Shown in pieces: positions 25,286 through 25,810 of a stretch of 25,810 nt of DNA. The stretch is from assembly GCA_042219045.1 (NCBI GenBank), contig JBDGQO010000094.1, positions 1-25,810 on the forward strand, in the 5' to 3' direction. The notes beneath the pieces are model-generated. The model was given only the letters and a program-made list of their open reading frames with translations. It had not been told where the DNA came from and made no database searches. The translations under genes and the position numbers were made by a program. Source of the stretch: Candidatus Bipolaricaulia bacterium. GTDB taxonomy: Bacteria > Bipolaricaulota > Bipolaricaulia > RBG-16-55-9. The stretch's first letter is position 1; the number at the start of each line of letters is the position of its first letter.

Positions 25286-25764
25286 GAAGTGGCACGCTCC
25301 TTCCACCGTCGGATCACGTCGGACAATTCTTGCTCGTAGAACTCGAATAGATCATACATTGACTCCACACGCTCCGTCTGCGCGTCGCTCGCGTCGTCGT
25401 CGAGCAGCTGGAGCCCCTGTTCGGCCAGTTGGCGGAAGCGCGTGGTGATCCCCATTTCGAACTCCAGGATCTGCGTCCAGACGTCGCCGCGCAGCCGATA
25501 GAAGTTGCGCCGTTCCCCCGAAACCCCGACCTGTTTGACCCAGCCGAACCGACGCAGCAGTTGCAGCGACGTGCTGATGCTGCCCTTACTGGCTTGGAGC
25601 GCTTCGGCCAGGTCGTCCATCGACTGCTGCGGTGGCTCGCAGATGAGCAGCCAGCCCATGATTCGCCCGGCCATTGGCGTCAGGCCGACCGCCTCGAAGG
25701 CCATGCCGAACTCCTCGATGAACTCGCGCTGATCGTCGCTCGGTCGGGCATCACTGGCCACCAT
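25282..25764 (-). CDS. GbsR/MarR-family transcriptional regulator
   Basis: FIEEFG...GLTPMAGRIMGWLLI, HTH DDLAEALQASKGSIST, wing GERRNFY. Confidence 0.93.
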   Translation of the reverse strand: MVASDARPSDDQREFIEEFGMAFEAVGLTPMAGRIMGWLLICEPPQQSMDDLAEALQASKGSISTSLQLLRRFGWVKQVGVSGERRNFYRLRGDVWTQILEFEMGITTRFRQLAEQGLQLLDDDASDAQTERVESMYDLFEFYEQELSDVIRRWKERATS

Positions 25765-25773
25765 GGCGGATGA

Positions 25774-25809
25774 ACATTAGCAAATTCAGTGAGTTCAGTC
25801 AAGACTGAA
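25774..25809 (-). promoter_or_regulatory. Operon promoter with overlapping palindromic operator
   Basis: Minus-strand TTGACT (25802-25797)-17 nt-TAATGT (25779-25774) with TG extension. Perfect palindrome TTCAGTC-AA-GACTGAA (25794-25809) covers the -35; extra half-site TTCAGT at 25785-25790. Confidence 0.75.
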
Positions 25810-25810
25810 T

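Noticed and set aside
1..25810. CRISPR arrays, tRNA/rRNA, integrases, defence systems
   Set aside because: No regularly spaced repeats, cloverleaf structures or matching protein motifs were found by eye.

Overview
GC-rich bacterial chromosomal window (roughly mid-60s %GC by eye) with about 26 genes, mostly housekeeping and envelope functions. No rRNA, tRNA, CRISPR array or intact mobile element was seen. Left end: a folate one-carbon module (5' stub of a probable GcvT-like THF-dependent demethylase, metF, and divergent purU). Then a CPA1 Na+/H+ antiporter, an uncharacterised outer-membrane beta-barrel with two tandem N-terminal domains, a ~490 bp gene-free stretch (possible IS4 relic), a nitroreductase, an EamA/DMT transporter and a PiT+DUF47 pair. 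Middle: csp-infA-mutY (MutY carries an intact Nudix box), an exported hypothetical, gpsA, an S41 protease, ruvA, an HDAC-family deacetylase, a PKD lipoprotein, an exported EEP nuclease/phosphatase and ppdK. Right end: a GbsR/MarR-headed operon of permease, LolA-like protein, permease and LolD-like ATPase. Acidic proteins plus diderm envelope genes suggest a salt-adapted diderm lineage (inference; Bipolaricaulota/Acetothermia-like is only a guess). I cannot claim a clearly new system. The best leads are the C1 demethylation module with its paired palindromes and riboswitch-like leader, the repeat-plus-barrel OMP, the MutY-MutT fusion and the Lol-like operon.
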